DNA of 64,000 nt from Planctomycetota bacterium (GTDB lineage: Bacteria > Planctomycetota > SZUA-567 > H5-PLA8): contig JBBRPR010000008.1 of the NCBI GenBank assembly GCA_038227875.1, positions 1 through 64,000 of the forward strand, read 5' to 3'. Position numbers and translations under genes: made by a program. This document shows positions 1 through 9,806 of the stretch, piece after piece; position 1 is the stretch's first letter, and every line of letters starts with the position of its first letter. The notes beneath the pieces are model-generated. The model was given only the letters and a program-made list of their open reading frames with translations. It made no database searches and had not been told where the DNA came from.

Positions 1-25
1 GCGCTTCGAAATTCGAGAGCGCTTC

Positions 26-80
26 GCACGGATGAACGGACATTTTCGCTTCGCTCTAATGTCCGCGCATCCGTGGCACC
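26..80. repeat. 55-bp REP-like hairpin repeat, copy 1
   Basis: 45/55 identical to 19394-19448; nested inverted repeats GGATG/CATCC and CGGACATT/AATGTCCG. Confidence 0.75.
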
Positions 81-84
81 ATCG

Positions 85-1035
85 TTATCCAGGGCCATGC
101 GCAGCAGCGCTGGGTGTGGCGTTGGAATTACTGATTTGCGAGGGCGCTGAGTTGGCCCTCGCGCTTGGGCGGCTCATGGATGTCGATGTGGGGCTGCTCG
201 TGCTGTTGAGATAGGCGGGACTCGAAGTCTTCGCGGGTTTGCAGCGGGTCGTGGTGTGGCTGCGCTTCCAGGCTTTCGGCTTGGGCTTGTAGCTCGCGGG
301 ATGGATGGTGATCGGGGCTTCGTGTTGCTTGATCAACTCTTCCGTGGCGGCTTCAACTTGTTCTTTGACGGTGCGCGTGGGGTCGAAAGGCTTCGGTTGG
401 ACTTCGTCGACGGGCTGCGGGTCGGTGACTCTCTTTGGCGTGCCGTCGTCGTTGACAGGGTTGTTGGCCCACGCGTGGACGTAATCGGGTTGGAAGCCGG
501 CGCAGGCGCCGGGCATTGCTCGGTCTTCTTCCGTGCCGGGGCGCTCGGCACGGTCGCCGGGTTCGCGGTCCTTCGGATGGAAGGAGACTTTTTCGATGGC
601 TTCGGCTTCCTGCAACTCGGGGAGCTTGTCGTTGAGCAGGCTGGTCGGGTTCGGCAGCTTCGCGTTGAAGCCCATCAGGTCCCAGAAGCGTTGCGTGTGG
701 CGCAGGATCGCGGTGCAGCTCAGTCGGCGTTCCATGTCGGTCGTGTTGACTTTCAAGATCATGTGGCGGAGCTGCTGCGCGGAATCGAGTCCGCCTTCGA
801 TGAACGTTTGCGCGGTGAGCTGGACTTGCGTGCGCATGCCAGCCATGTTCTCTCCGACGGTTTTGCTGAGCGCCTGGTCGAATGCGGGGATTTTCTTCCA
901 ACGGCAGAGGGTCTGGCGGCTGATGTCGAGCTCCCGGGCGATCGAGTTGATGTCTTTTCCCAGCGATAATAGAACGATGGCGCGTTGTTGATTGACGTGC
1001 AGGGCCATGGGTTTTTCCTCCTTATTCTCATCCAT
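85..1035 (-). CDS. Hypothetical protein with N-terminal helix-turn-helix (phBC6A51/terminase-small-like HTH) and low-complexity C-terminus
   Basis: QQRAIVLLSLGKDINSIARELDISRQTLCRWKK is a typical HTH; start could be 1008. Confidence 0.65.
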   Translation of the reverse strand: MDENKEEKPMALHVNQQRAIVLLSLGKDINSIARELDISRQTLCRWKKIPAFDQALSKTVGENMAGMRTQVQLTAQTFIEGGLDSAQQLRHMILKVNTTDMERRLSCTAILRHTQRFWDLMGFNAKLPNPTSLLNDKLPELQEAEAIEKVSFHPKDREPGDRAERPGTEEDRAMPGACAGFQPDYVHAWANNPVNDDGTPKRVTDPQPVDEVQPKPFDPTRTVKEQVEAATEELIKQHEAPITIHPASYKPKPKAWKRSHTTTRCKPAKTSSPAYLNSTSSPTSTSMSRPSARANSAPSQISNSNATPSAAAHGPG

Positions 1036-1188
1036 TATATTAGGGTTTTGTTCACATGTCAGAAGATTACACCGTAGGATTGGGACGTCAATAGTTATTT
1101 TGTTAAAAACCGGGAAAGTGATGTTTGGGGATTAGCGTGGGTTATCGCGAGGGTTGTTCTGGGAGTTGTTCCGAGAGAGCGTGCATCT

Positions 1189-1220
1189 CCCCCTCGCCCA
1201 CTGAGGAGAGGGCGAGGGGG
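1189..1220. repeat. GC-rich intergenic hairpin (REP-like or terminator)
   Basis: CCCCCTCGCCC-N10-GGGCGAGGGGG, 11-bp stem downstream of the sigma factor gene. Confidence 0.5.
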
Positions 1221-1286
1221 CTTGCGGTCGGGACGAATCGGACGGGCGGGTTTTTTCGCGAGGACGGTACGGGCAAGGATTAATTT

Positions 1287-3413
1287 TTAGAAGTCGTTCT
1301 TCGGCGCGGCCGGAGGCGGCGGAATTGGGGAGGGGCTGGGGGTATCCGCTGCTTTCGGGGCCTTGGACTTGGGTGTAGTTAAATCCGGGATGTTCGCGGG
1401 GAGTGGGGGGAGTTCTTCGAGTTTCCAGATCTCCACGGGGGAACCGATGCCGATGGCGCCGTTACAGATTCTGTAGATCAGGCCGGCGTTTAGAATGGTT
1501 TGCTTGAGTTCGTCGGTCAATCCTGCCTTGTAGTTCTGTTCCGTCAGTAATAGCACGGGTGTGCCAGCGTCTTCGAGCGCGATCAGGTTAATGGGCAGTC
1601 CGGAATTCAGGCTCTGATGAATCCCGTCCTCATCGAGGGCCGGTTGATGCGGAACGAGCGTCAGCGCATCCCCATGAACCTTTACATCGAGTCCCTGTGA
1701 CGCGGCGATGTGGTGCAACAGTACACCCGCGGGATGTACCCCCGACGGTACATCGGCTGCCGCGAGTATTTTGGCCTTGATCACATCTGCGGCTTCGGCG
1801 CTGAGCGTGATTTTCACTCCCGCCTTGAGGCCCAGCGCCTCGATGGCCTGCGGCACGGCCGTGCCGAGCAGTGCATCGGTGTATTTGACGTTCAGTTTTC
1901 GCGACAGCTCGACTGCGGACGCATCGCGTTTGGCGTCTTCCCAGAAGATAATACCGTCATCCGTTCTCGAGGTCCCTCCGGAAAGGGCGCCGGTCCAGAA
2001 CATTGCGTTGCGCAGTGACATGTCTGTGACGCGATACGAAACGTTGGATTGGCCGGCATCAGGCTGCGTGTCGGGCTTGTAGACAATGACCACATTGGAA
2101 ATCTGTCTGAAAAATGCGAGAGCTTCGTTTGCTGACGTATCTTGAAATTCAAACGTGACGCGCCGGCTGAGACGGGACAGCGTCGTCAAGTCATCGGCGG
2201 TGGGATCGGCGGGAACCACCGCTGGTGGCAGAGCACCGCCTGGGAGATCGAGTACCGCGCGGCCGTCGGCGAATTTGAATTCCAGATCCAGCAGGTAAGC
2301 GGTGAGGCGGTAGGACCGCTCCAGCGACAGTTCGGAGACACGCAGAGTGACCGACTTTTTTGCGGCTTCGACTTTCTTCTTTGCGGCAGGCGTGACATTC
2401 ACTTCTGCGTTGTGGAGTGATCCCAGGAAGTTCACCACGTCGTCCAAGGATTGGTCAACGAACTCGAAGGTGACTTTGCGTTGCAATTTCGCGCGCAGGT
2501 CGGTTTGCCATTGCGGCATTGCCGGCGGTGCGTTGACCACGGGTGCGACCGCGACAGGCGCAGCCGGCACAATGGGATTGACGGGCGCCGGCGACGTGCT
2601 TGCGGAGTGCGCCCGATTGACAGTGACGGCGGCGAACGCGGCGAGCAGTGCGGCCGTTGCGCCGAGACAGAGTTTGGCCATGAATGACAGTCCTCCAATT
2701 CCGATTCCGGTGGAAACGGCCTTGGGAGCGGAGAGCAGCGCCTTCCATTTTAAAAGTTGAGAGGCGGTTGCGGTCGCACCCGTCGTGGCCGTGGCGCGAA
2801 GCGCCGGTTCAATTCCAGTGACTGGGAGCAGGATGCCCAGCAGAGCCAGGCGTCCGCGTAATTTTTCAAGACCACGATGGACGTGGGTCTTTGCCGTGCC
2901 CACCGGACAGCCGAGTTGGCGGGCGATCTGGTCGTAGGGCATGTCGGCGAAGAAATGGCAGACGATGGGAATGCGCTCGCGTTCAGGCAGGGCTTCGACT
3001 TCCTGGCGCACGCGGGCGGTCAATTCGGGATCCGGCTGTGAATGCTGCGCGCTGGAGGGGGCGGATTTGGCGTAGGCTTCGTCCCGGGCCTGAGCGCGGT
3101 TGCGGGTGCGGAGCAGTTTTAAGGCGGTGGTGCAGGCGATGCGCATGATCCATCTCCGCGCTGCGGTGTTGGCGTCGGTCTGGCCGTCGGGGGCGAATTG
3201 GCCGGCGCAATCCCGGACGCGCAGGAGCGTCTCCTGCGTAGCGTCATCGGCGAGCGAGTCGTCGCGCAGGATGCGCCGCGCCAGGTCGAGGATTTCGTTG
3301 CCGACTTGAGTGACCAGCGCCTCCCAGCACGCGGCGTCGTGGCTTTGCGCCAGTCCGCGGAGGGCGTTGGCGAGGGGCAGGGCAGTCTCGGGTCTGGGAT
3401 CCATTGTTTTCAC
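1287..3413 (-). CDS. ECF sigma-70 factor fused to a TM segment and extracytoplasmic STN/secretin-N-like repeats
   Basis: Region 2 (ADDATQETLL..RRWIMRIA), region 4 (LPERER..YDQIARQLGCPVGTAKTHVHRG), hydrophobic helix, repeats L.RKVTFEF.D. Confidence 0.85.
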   Translation of the reverse strand: MKTMDPRPETALPLANALRGLAQSHDAACWEALVTQVGNEILDLARRILRDDSLADDATQETLLRVRDCAGQFAPDGQTDANTAARRWIMRIACTTALKLLRTRNRAQARDEAYAKSAPSSAQHSQPDPELTARVRQEVEALPERERIPIVCHFFADMPYDQIARQLGCPVGTAKTHVHRGLEKLRGRLALLGILLPVTGIEPALRATATTGATATASQLLKWKALLSAPKAVSTGIGIGGLSFMAKLCLGATAALLAAFAAVTVNRAHSASTSPAPVNPIVPAAPVAVAPVVNAPPAMPQWQTDLRAKLQRKVTFEFVDQSLDDVVNFLGSLHNAEVNVTPAAKKKVEAAKKSVTLRVSELSLERSYRLTAYLLDLEFKFADGRAVLDLPGGALPPAVVPADPTADDLTTLSRLSRRVTFEFQDTSANEALAFFRQISNVVIVYKPDTQPDAGQSNVSYRVTDMSLRNAMFWTGALSGGTSRTDDGIIFWEDAKRDASAVELSRKLNVKYTDALLGTAVPQAIEALGLKAGVKITLSAEAADVIKAKILAAADVPSGVHPAGVLLHHIAASQGLDVKVHGDALTLVPHQPALDEDGIHQSLNSGLPINLIALEDAGTPVLLLTEQNYKAGLTDELKQTILNAGLIYRICNGAIGIGSPVEIWKLEELPPLPANIPDLTTPKSKAPKAADTPSPSPIPPPPAAPKNDF

Positions 3414-3646
3414 ATCATAGAGTCCCGCAGGAAGGGGGCGAGTTTCATAATAATTGAAAAAAAGTGAGTGAGCGGGATTTTGATCTCACGCAAAGCCGCA
3501 AAGAACGGCACGAGAAAAGTGGGATCATTTCGTGTGCAGACTCGCCAATGTTCTATTAATATTATTGATGATATAGAAAATTTCTATTTATTATGAATAG
3601 GAGCTGCGGGTGGCATAATGACGGCAGTCCAACTAGAGGAGCGACG

Positions 3647-3967
3647 ATGGAAGACCCGCGGCCCAAGGATCGACCTTTCTTCAGTGGCTACTCGTTCGTC
3701 TTCACGGGTGTCGTTGCGCTTAGCAACATCGCGCTGATGGCTGTGGCCTGGCAGGACAGGAGTTGGACTGCGTTTGGCATAGCGATGCTATTTGCTCCCG
3801 CGACAAACCTTGGACTGACGCTGGCATCCTTGTTCGTCTACACGGCACTTCCGAACCGACATGGGCGCTCGTTTAGCAGGCATGCGATTGTGTCGGTGAG
3901 TGTGCCGGCGGTGGCGTTGGTTTGCGATTTTCTGCAGTTCAGTGTGATGAGCATGCATGGTTGTTAG
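3647..3967 (+). CDS. Small hypothetical membrane protein
   Basis: AGAGGAG RBS before ATG 3647; three hydrophobic stretches; lower GC. Confidence 0.55.
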   Translation: MEDPRPKDRPFFSGYSFVFTGVVALSNIALMAVAWQDRSWTAFGIAMLFAPATNLGLTLASLFVYTALPNRHGRSFSRHAIVSVSVPAVALVCDFLQFSVMSMHGC

Positions 3968-3985
3968 AGTCGGGGCGCGGATTTC

Positions 3986-4414
3986 ATGAAGATTACCATT
4001 CACTCTTCCACACCAAATTTGATGATGGTGCTCGGCATCCTCATGGTCCTCTTGAACATCATTCCGATGCGCGGACATTTCGGTTGGCCGTGCGAATACG
4101 ATTTTCAATTTCATTTTCGCAATGGCATTCCGCTGGGCTTTGGATTTTTGGGGTTGATTGCAAACGTTATACTTGGAATTGCAGGTGTGCTGTTGGCGGG
4201 AGTTTTCTGGGAACTGGCGCTTAATACAGACGGCGCGTTGAGGCGCCGGGCAAAAGCGAAACGAGTGGCTGAAATGCAACGGGTGAAGAACCCCGCTGTT
4301 GCAAGTATAAGGTGCCATGTCTGTGGTGGGTCGGTAGAAACTATTCCGCTAAGACGTTCGGTGCAGGGCGAATGGCTTTGTAAGATGTGCGGGCCTGGGT
4401 TGTTCAGGAGCTAA
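3986..4414 (+). CDS. Hypothetical membrane protein with C-terminal CxxC...CxxC zinc ribbon
   Basis: Two hydrophobic segments; CHVC and CKMC. Confidence 0.55.
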   Translation: MKITIHSSTPNLMMVLGILMVLLNIIPMRGHFGWPCEYDFQFHFRNGIPLGFGFLGLIANVILGIAGVLLAGVFWELALNTDGALRRRAKAKRVAEMQRVKNPAVASIRCHVCGGSVETIPLRRSVQGEWLCKMCGPGLFRS

Positions 4415-4577
4415 AGGATCTTCGGGATAATCGGGTGAACTTTGAAGGAGCTTGGACGGTTGAATAACTTTTCATTTCAGCCGTATTCATTCTCACGAAT
4501 TCTGCTCGCCAACGGGTGCGCAAAACGAGAGGGTGTACGGATTCGCAATTTATTTTCCCTTTGAGGAGTGAGGCATC

Positions 4578-5066
4578 GTGAAACGTTCGTCGCTGATTGC
4601 AGTGTGCCTGCTCATGTTTGCGTACCCGCTGCTGGCTCAGGACGCGGTGGGGAAGTTTACGATTCACTATCCGGAAGGATGGAAGATCACCAAACTTCCT
4701 GACGGGCGGGATCTGGCGGAAGGGCCCGACGAGGGGCACATGCATGCGACGATGAACGTCGCGGTGATCCCCGTTGCCGCCACGCCGCTGAAAGATCTGC
4801 TCGAACCGAATCTGAAGACCATGGCCAAACTGTCGGACTATAAAAAAGTCGCCGACGACGATTTCACGATTGAAGGCCAGAAGGGGCGCAAACTGGTGTT
4901 CACTCACACGGCGGAGAAGAACGTGAAGATCGCGCAGGTTCAATACTGGGTCGTGATCAATCAGAACCTGTACCTGATCGACTGCACGGCGGCGGACGTG
5001 AGCTTTGAGAAGACGAAGAAGCTGTTTGAGGACGCGGCGAAGACGCTGAGTACGAAGGGGAAGTAA
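4578..5066 (+). CDS. Secreted PsbP/DcrB-like protein
   Basis: GAGGAG RBS, signal peptide, FTIHYPEGWK motif, C-terminal YLIDCTA..FE..KLF. Confidence 0.7.
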   Translation: MKRSSLIAVCLLMFAYPLLAQDAVGKFTIHYPEGWKITKLPDGRDLAEGPDEGHMHATMNVAVIPVAATPLKDLLEPNLKTMAKLSDYKKVADDDFTIEGQKGRKLVFTHTAEKNVKIAQVQYWVVINQNLYLIDCTAADVSFEKTKKLFEDAAKTLSTKGK

Positions 5067-5080
5067 AGGGGCTTAACGGA

Positions 5081-5172
5081 CATTTTCCATTTTCCATTTT
5101 TGATTTTCCATTTTCCATTTTACGGACGGTCGCGCTTATGCGCGCTTCTGTTGCACGATGGAAAATGGAAAT
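5081..5172. repeat. Heptamer tandem repeats (CATTTTC)n with an inverted partial copy
   Basis: cattttc cattttc cattttt gattttc cattttc catttt; ATGGAAAATGGAAA at 5158. Confidence 0.75.
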
Positions 5173-5274
5173 TGGTCCGTCCGGTTGCCAAACACCTAAC
5201 TTCGCATTAATCTCCCTGCTTCGGTTTGAAGGGCGGAGGGCTCGGGCCGTCCCGTCTCACACAATCTTAAAGGG

Positions 5275-6264
5275 ATGGCTTTGGCGAACAGCGGGACAGT
5301 GGGCGATCCGAGTCCGGATTTGGAGTATGCGCGGACGGTGATCCGGGCGGAATCCCGTGCGGTCGCGGCTCTGGAAGAGCGGCTCGGTGCGGCGTTTATC
5401 CGCGCGGCGGAGTCGATTTTGCGCCTGCCTAGTTCGGGGCGCGTGGTCGTTTCGGGGATCGGCAAGGCGGGGATCATCGGGCAGAAGATCGCGGCCACGT
5501 TTGCCTCCACGGGGACGCCGGCGCTCTTCATGCATCCGGCGGAAGCGGTCCACGGCGATCTGGGGATGGTGACGGCGCAGGACGTCGTGATCGCGATTTC
5601 CAATTCCGGCGAGACTGAAGAGCTGCTGCGGCTGCTCCCGACGCTCAAGCGGATCCGCTGCCACATCATCGCGATCACCGGGTCGCCGGATTCGTCGCTG
5701 GGCAGCGTTGCCGACGATCTGCTCGAGATTGGCAAAGTCGACGAGCCCTGTCCGCTGCGCCTGGCGCCGAGCGCTTCAACGGCGGCGATGCTGGCGATGG
5801 GCGATGCGTTGGCTCTGACAGTGTTGAAGGCGCGCGGCTTTACGCTTGAGGATTTCGCGCTGCTGCATCCGGCGGGAAGCCTGGGCAAGAAATTGATGCG
5901 CGTGGTCGACGCGATGCGCAAGGACGCGCGCATGGTGAAAGTGCCGCGCGACGTGACCGTGGGTGAAGCGCTGGCGTTGATGGCCAAACCGCCGCGCAAC
6001 GGGGCGGCGGTGATCGTCGACGGGGCGGGGAAGCTACTGGGCATTTTTACGCACGGCGATTTTGGACGGCTGGTGCTCAACGCGCCGCAGACGATCGGCG
6101 AACCGATCGGCAAGCACATGACCAGCCCGTGCCGGAGCTTGAACGCCGACGCGCTGGTCGCGGACGCTCAGGATGTGATGCATGAATTTCGCATCAACGC
6201 GCTGCCGGTGATCGACGCGCAGCGCACGGTGGTTGGACTTCTCGATATTCAGGATCTGGTTTAA
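5275..6264 (+). CDS. kdsD: KpsF/GutQ family arabinose-5-phosphate isomerase (SIS + CBS domains)
   Basis: GIGKAGIIG.KIAATFASTGTP, HPAEAVHGDLG, ISNSGET, HPAGSLG, CBS pair. Confidence 0.93.
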   Translation: MALANSGTVGDPSPDLEYARTVIRAESRAVAALEERLGAAFIRAAESILRLPSSGRVVVSGIGKAGIIGQKIAATFASTGTPALFMHPAEAVHGDLGMVTAQDVVIAISNSGETEELLRLLPTLKRIRCHIIAITGSPDSSLGSVADDLLEIGKVDEPCPLRLAPSASTAAMLAMGDALALTVLKARGFTLEDFALLHPAGSLGKKLMRVVDAMRKDARMVKVPRDVTVGEALALMAKPPRNGAAVIVDGAGKLLGIFTHGDFGRLVLNAPQTIGEPIGKHMTSPCRSLNADALVADAQDVMHEFRINALPVIDAQRTVVGLLDIQDLV

Positions 6265-6267
6265 AAA

Positions 6268-6876
6268 ATGAGCCACGCACACGCAGCAGATGGAGATGGA
6301 ATTTCGGCCGGGCCGCGCGGGCTGCCGACGCTGGAATCGTACCGGCAGATCAAGTACGCGATCTTCGATGTCGACGGCGTGTTGAGCGACGGGCGGATCA
6401 TCCTGGACGGGAATGGCGTGGAGAGCAAATTTTTCGACGTCCGCGACGGTTCGGGCATCAGCATCATGCGCAAGGTTGGGTACATGGTGGGATTCCTGAC
6501 CGGACGCACGTCGGCTCCAGTGGATGTGCGGGCGCGCGAGTTGCACATCCCCGCTGCGCGCGTGCGGCAAGGCGCGAAGGTGAAGCTGCCGGTGTTCAAA
6601 GAGATGCTGATGGAAGCGGGCGTGACGGCGGCGGAGACGTTGTATGTCGGCGATGACATCATCGACCGGCCGGTGCTTGAAGCGGCGGGGATTGCGTGCT
6701 GTCCGGGCGACGCGCATCACGAAGCGCGGGAAGTGTGCCATCTCGTGGCGTCAGATCGCGGCGGACGCGGGGCGGTGCGGCAGATTATCGAACACGTGTT
6801 GAAAGCGCGCCAGGATGGGACGTGGGAAAAAGCGCGCGGTTTGTATCTGAACGCCAGTCCGGAGACGGCTGGATGA
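6268..6876 (+). CDS. kdsC: KDO 8-phosphate phosphatase (HAD family)
   Basis: FDVDGVLSDG, FDVRDG.GI, YVGDDIID, GGRGAVR; follows kdsD. Confidence 0.92.
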   Translation: MSHAHAADGDGISAGPRGLPTLESYRQIKYAIFDVDGVLSDGRIILDGNGVESKFFDVRDGSGISIMRKVGYMVGFLTGRTSAPVDVRARELHIPAARVRQGAKVKLPVFKEMLMEAGVTAAETLYVGDDIIDRPVLEAAGIACCPGDAHHEAREVCHLVASDRGGRGAVRQIIEHVLKARQDGTWEKARGLYLNASPETAG

Positions 6877-9806
6877 GCGGTATTCCGGCTGACGCGAAGC
6901 GGCGGTGGGGCGCGGCGCTGTTGAGCGTGGCGCTGGCGCTCTCGTCGGCGGTTCTCGCGGAAGAAGTGGAGGACGTCACGGAGCCGAAGGCGGTGGTGAT
7001 TCCGCTGACGGCGGAGAAGTCGGCGTTGGATGTGAAAGCGCCGCCGAGCCAATTCGTTCCCGAAGAAGGCGCGAAGTTGTGGGATGAGGCCAAGCAGCGG
7101 GCGAGCACGGCGCTGCCGGAGCAGGGGACTGGATTTTTTGATGTCGCCGACCGCATGCCGGAGGAATTCCGGCTCGCGCGCAATTTTCAATCTGAAGATT
7201 ATACGGTGGGAGAACTCGCCAGCGAGATGCGCATGGCGATCACAGCTAACCAGGCGGAACGCAAAAACAAATTCCTGCTGCTGACGGGCATGAAGCTGAC
7301 GGTGTTCATCGGCAAGTCGATGCTCGACAAACCCGGCGGCAACAAGAAGAAGAGCCCCAAGGGCGTCGCTGAACTGCTAGCGCCCAAGCCGCCGGAGACG
7401 CCCAGCGCGGACAAGTCGAAGAAGCATGGCGGTAGCGGCAAAGGAAGCGGCGCGGACGCCAATGGCAATCCGGCGGGATTGATGGACGTGCTGCCGATCG
7501 GCGGGCGGGTGATCATCTCCGCGCCGAACGCGTCGATCAACATCGATACCAACGAAGGCCATGCGACCGGGCATGTGACGATCGAAGTCTTCCCCAAGCG
7601 CGAAGCCGGCAAGCCGTATCAGCCGATCGCGGTGCTGGAGACGGAGCATCTCAACTGGCGTTCGTGGAGCGAGCCGTCGATTGGCACGGCGGAATTGGCG
7701 GCATACACCTGCGGCGCAGGCAACGACGATCCGGATCCGGTGGTGCGCGGGCAGTTTAATCTTCCGCAGCCGGACGGCTCGACGGCGACGACGCTGATCG
7801 AAGGACACGGGCTGATTTTTGAAGTGGGGATGTTCGACCGGCCGGACCAGATCTTCGACGAAGACGGGCGCTTGGCGGGGTTGAACAAGACCGCGCACAA
7901 CCGCGCGCTGTTTCATAAGAACAATAAGATGATCACGACGGCGACGAGCATGAAAGGGCTGATTCCGTTTCAAGGAAATGCGCCGGTTGCTCCGGCTGCG
8001 ACGCCGAAGAACCAAAAGAAGAAACCCGCCGAAGAGCCGTACCGCACGGAGATCACCTGCGAAGGCCCGGCGCTGCTGGACATGGGCGCGGTGCCGCGTC
8101 AGAAGCCTCCGGAGAACGCGGGGCACACGCAGATCCTGTTGTGCAAGCGCTTCATGTTTCTGGACAAGGTGAACATGCGGAAGATCGCCGTGGACCCGAA
8201 GACCGGCGAGCCGGTGGATTCGCCCACGGCCACGAAATCGAACATGGCCTGCGGCGCGCTGGTGCTGCAGTACCCGCCGGGCGTGATGCCCGGCCCGACG
8301 ACGTTTCCGGATTACGCGGAAGCGATCAACGGCGTCCAGATGGACGGCACGACAATGTCCAAGCCGACGCCGGAGCAGCCCACGCCGTTGCCGGTGCCGT
8401 TCAATATTCAAAGCCAGCGCGTCTTCCTGGATGGACCCGGCGACAACACGTTCCTGGTTGGCACGCAAAAGCAGCCGGTGCAGATCAAGCACGACCGGGT
8501 CGAGACGCTGGCGCAGCAGTTCAATTTTCGCAGCCGCAGCCAGACGCTGGTGATGCCGTCGGAAGGTCCCAAGCGCATGATCATTCACGCGCCAGCGCAG
8601 GCTGGAGCGACAACTCCGGCGCCAAACGGCGCGGGGATCAACATGTCGACGGGTGACACCGTCTTGAATTGGACCGGGACCCTGACGCGCGAAGTGAAAG
8701 TGCTGCCCGTGCCGCACAAGGCCGACCGTCAGGAAGAAGTGCTGACGGTGAAGCAGGATGTGGTGATCGAGAAACCGGAGAGCGGCCTGCGCATGCGGGG
8801 CGACACGATTCACATCATCCGCACCGAACCGGAAGAAGACGTGATCTTTATCGACGGCAAGGGCAACACGGAAGTGATGACGCCGGACATGCGTGCGACG
8901 GGCGATTCGTTCAACGTGGACATGGCGTTCGAACCGGAGAAGGCCGATCCGGCCAAGCCCAATGAGATTCCGCGTCGCCAGGCGGTGACGATGACCGGCA
9001 ATGCGCGCGAGAAAATCAAGGCAACGGCGTACATGGGCGGCACGGCGGTGCGCACGGAGAAGTTCGTGAGCGATCAGATCGCGAACACGTTTCATGCCTT
9101 TGGCGGATCGGTCATAGTGGTCAAGCCGCCGCCGGATCCGAACGCGGCGGCCGCTAAGGCGGGCAACGGAGCGCTTGTCCTTCCGAAGAAGGATCCAAAG
9201 GCCGCCGGTGGCGCGCCAGCTCCGGCCGCGGGCGCGCCGATGGTCAAAGGCGTCACGTTCGAACCCGGCGCGACGACGTTTATGCAATGCGACGGCGACT
9301 TTACGCTTAACGCCGATCATACCGGGATTCTGGAGCGGAACGTGATCGTCAAACAGCCGGGCATGCAGATACTCGCCGACCAGATGTTCCTGGTGATGTC
9401 GGTGCCGGCCGAAGACCCGAATGCTCCCAAACCGCCGGACGGAGCGCCCACGAAATCCGGTTCGCTGGCGTCGGGGGATTTGAAGTCGATCGATTGCCAG
9501 GGCAATGTGGAAGTGATGACCGACGATCAGGTGATTCAATGCGACAGACTCTTCCACGAAGTCGAGCACGACACGTCGGTGATGACGATGACCGATCCGG
9601 AGAGCGACGTGCGCATTTACCGTCCGCACGACGAAACGGGAAAGAGTGAAGTCGTGACGGTGCTGAAGAGTCTGGACTACGATGGCAAGTCGGGCACGTT
9701 CAAGCCCGGCGGGCGGCTGTTGATTCTGCCCTACCGCAAGGAGGTCAGTGCGGCGCGCGACAAGGAAAGCAGCCCGGCGTGGCGGAAGGGAGATGCCAAA
9801 AAGTGA
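6873..9806 (+). CDS. Large exported protein, probable LptC/LptA (OstA) beta-jellyroll repeat protein
   Basis: ATGA overlap with kdsC stop; signal peptide; repeated beta motifs such as LKSIDCQGNVEV..CDRLF; occupies the lptC position. Confidence 0.55.
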   Translation: MSGIPADAKRRWGAALLSVALALSSAVLAEEVEDVTEPKAVVIPLTAEKSALDVKAPPSQFVPEEGAKLWDEAKQRASTALPEQGTGFFDVADRMPEEFRLARNFQSEDYTVGELASEMRMAITANQAERKNKFLLLTGMKLTVFIGKSMLDKPGGNKKKSPKGVAELLAPKPPETPSADKSKKHGGSGKGSGADANGNPAGLMDVLPIGGRVIISAPNASINIDTNEGHATGHVTIEVFPKREAGKPYQPIAVLETEHLNWRSWSEPSIGTAELAAYTCGAGNDDPDPVVRGQFNLPQPDGSTATTLIEGHGLIFEVGMFDRPDQIFDEDGRLAGLNKTAHNRALFHKNNKMITTATSMKGLIPFQGNAPVAPAATPKNQKKKPAEEPYRTEITCEGPALLDMGAVPRQKPPENAGHTQILLCKRFMFLDKVNMRKIAVDPKTGEPVDSPTATKSNMACGALVLQYPPGVMPGPTTFPDYAEAINGVQMDGTTMSKPTPEQPTPLPVPFNIQSQRVFLDGPGDNTFLVGTQKQPVQIKHDRVETLAQQFNFRSRSQTLVMPSEGPKRMIIHAPAQAGATTPAPNGAGINMSTGDTVLNWTGTLTREVKVLPVPHKADRQEEVLTVKQDVVIEKPESGLRMRGDTIHIIRTEPEEDVIFIDGKGNTEVMTPDMRATGDSFNVDMAFEPEKADPAKPNEIPRRQAVTMTGNAREKIKATAYMGGTAVRTEKFVSDQIANTFHAFGGSVIVVKPPPDPNAAAAKAGNGALVLPKKDPKAAGGAPAPAAGAPMVKGVTFEPGATTFMQCDGDFTLNADHTGILERNVIVKQPGMQILADQMFLVMSVPAEDPNAPKPPDGAPTKSGSLASGDLKSIDCQGNVEVMTDDQVIQCDRLFHEVEHDTSVMTMTDPESDVRIYRPHDETGKSEVVTVLKSLDYDGKSGTFKPGGRLLILPYRKEVSAARDKESSPAWRKGDAKK

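Noticed and set aside
85..1035. Prophage edge
   Set aside because: Only an HTH; no terminase large subunit, structural or integrase genes in the window.
3593..4414. Low-GC small genes as integron cassettes
   Set aside because: No attC-like sites or integrase recognised.
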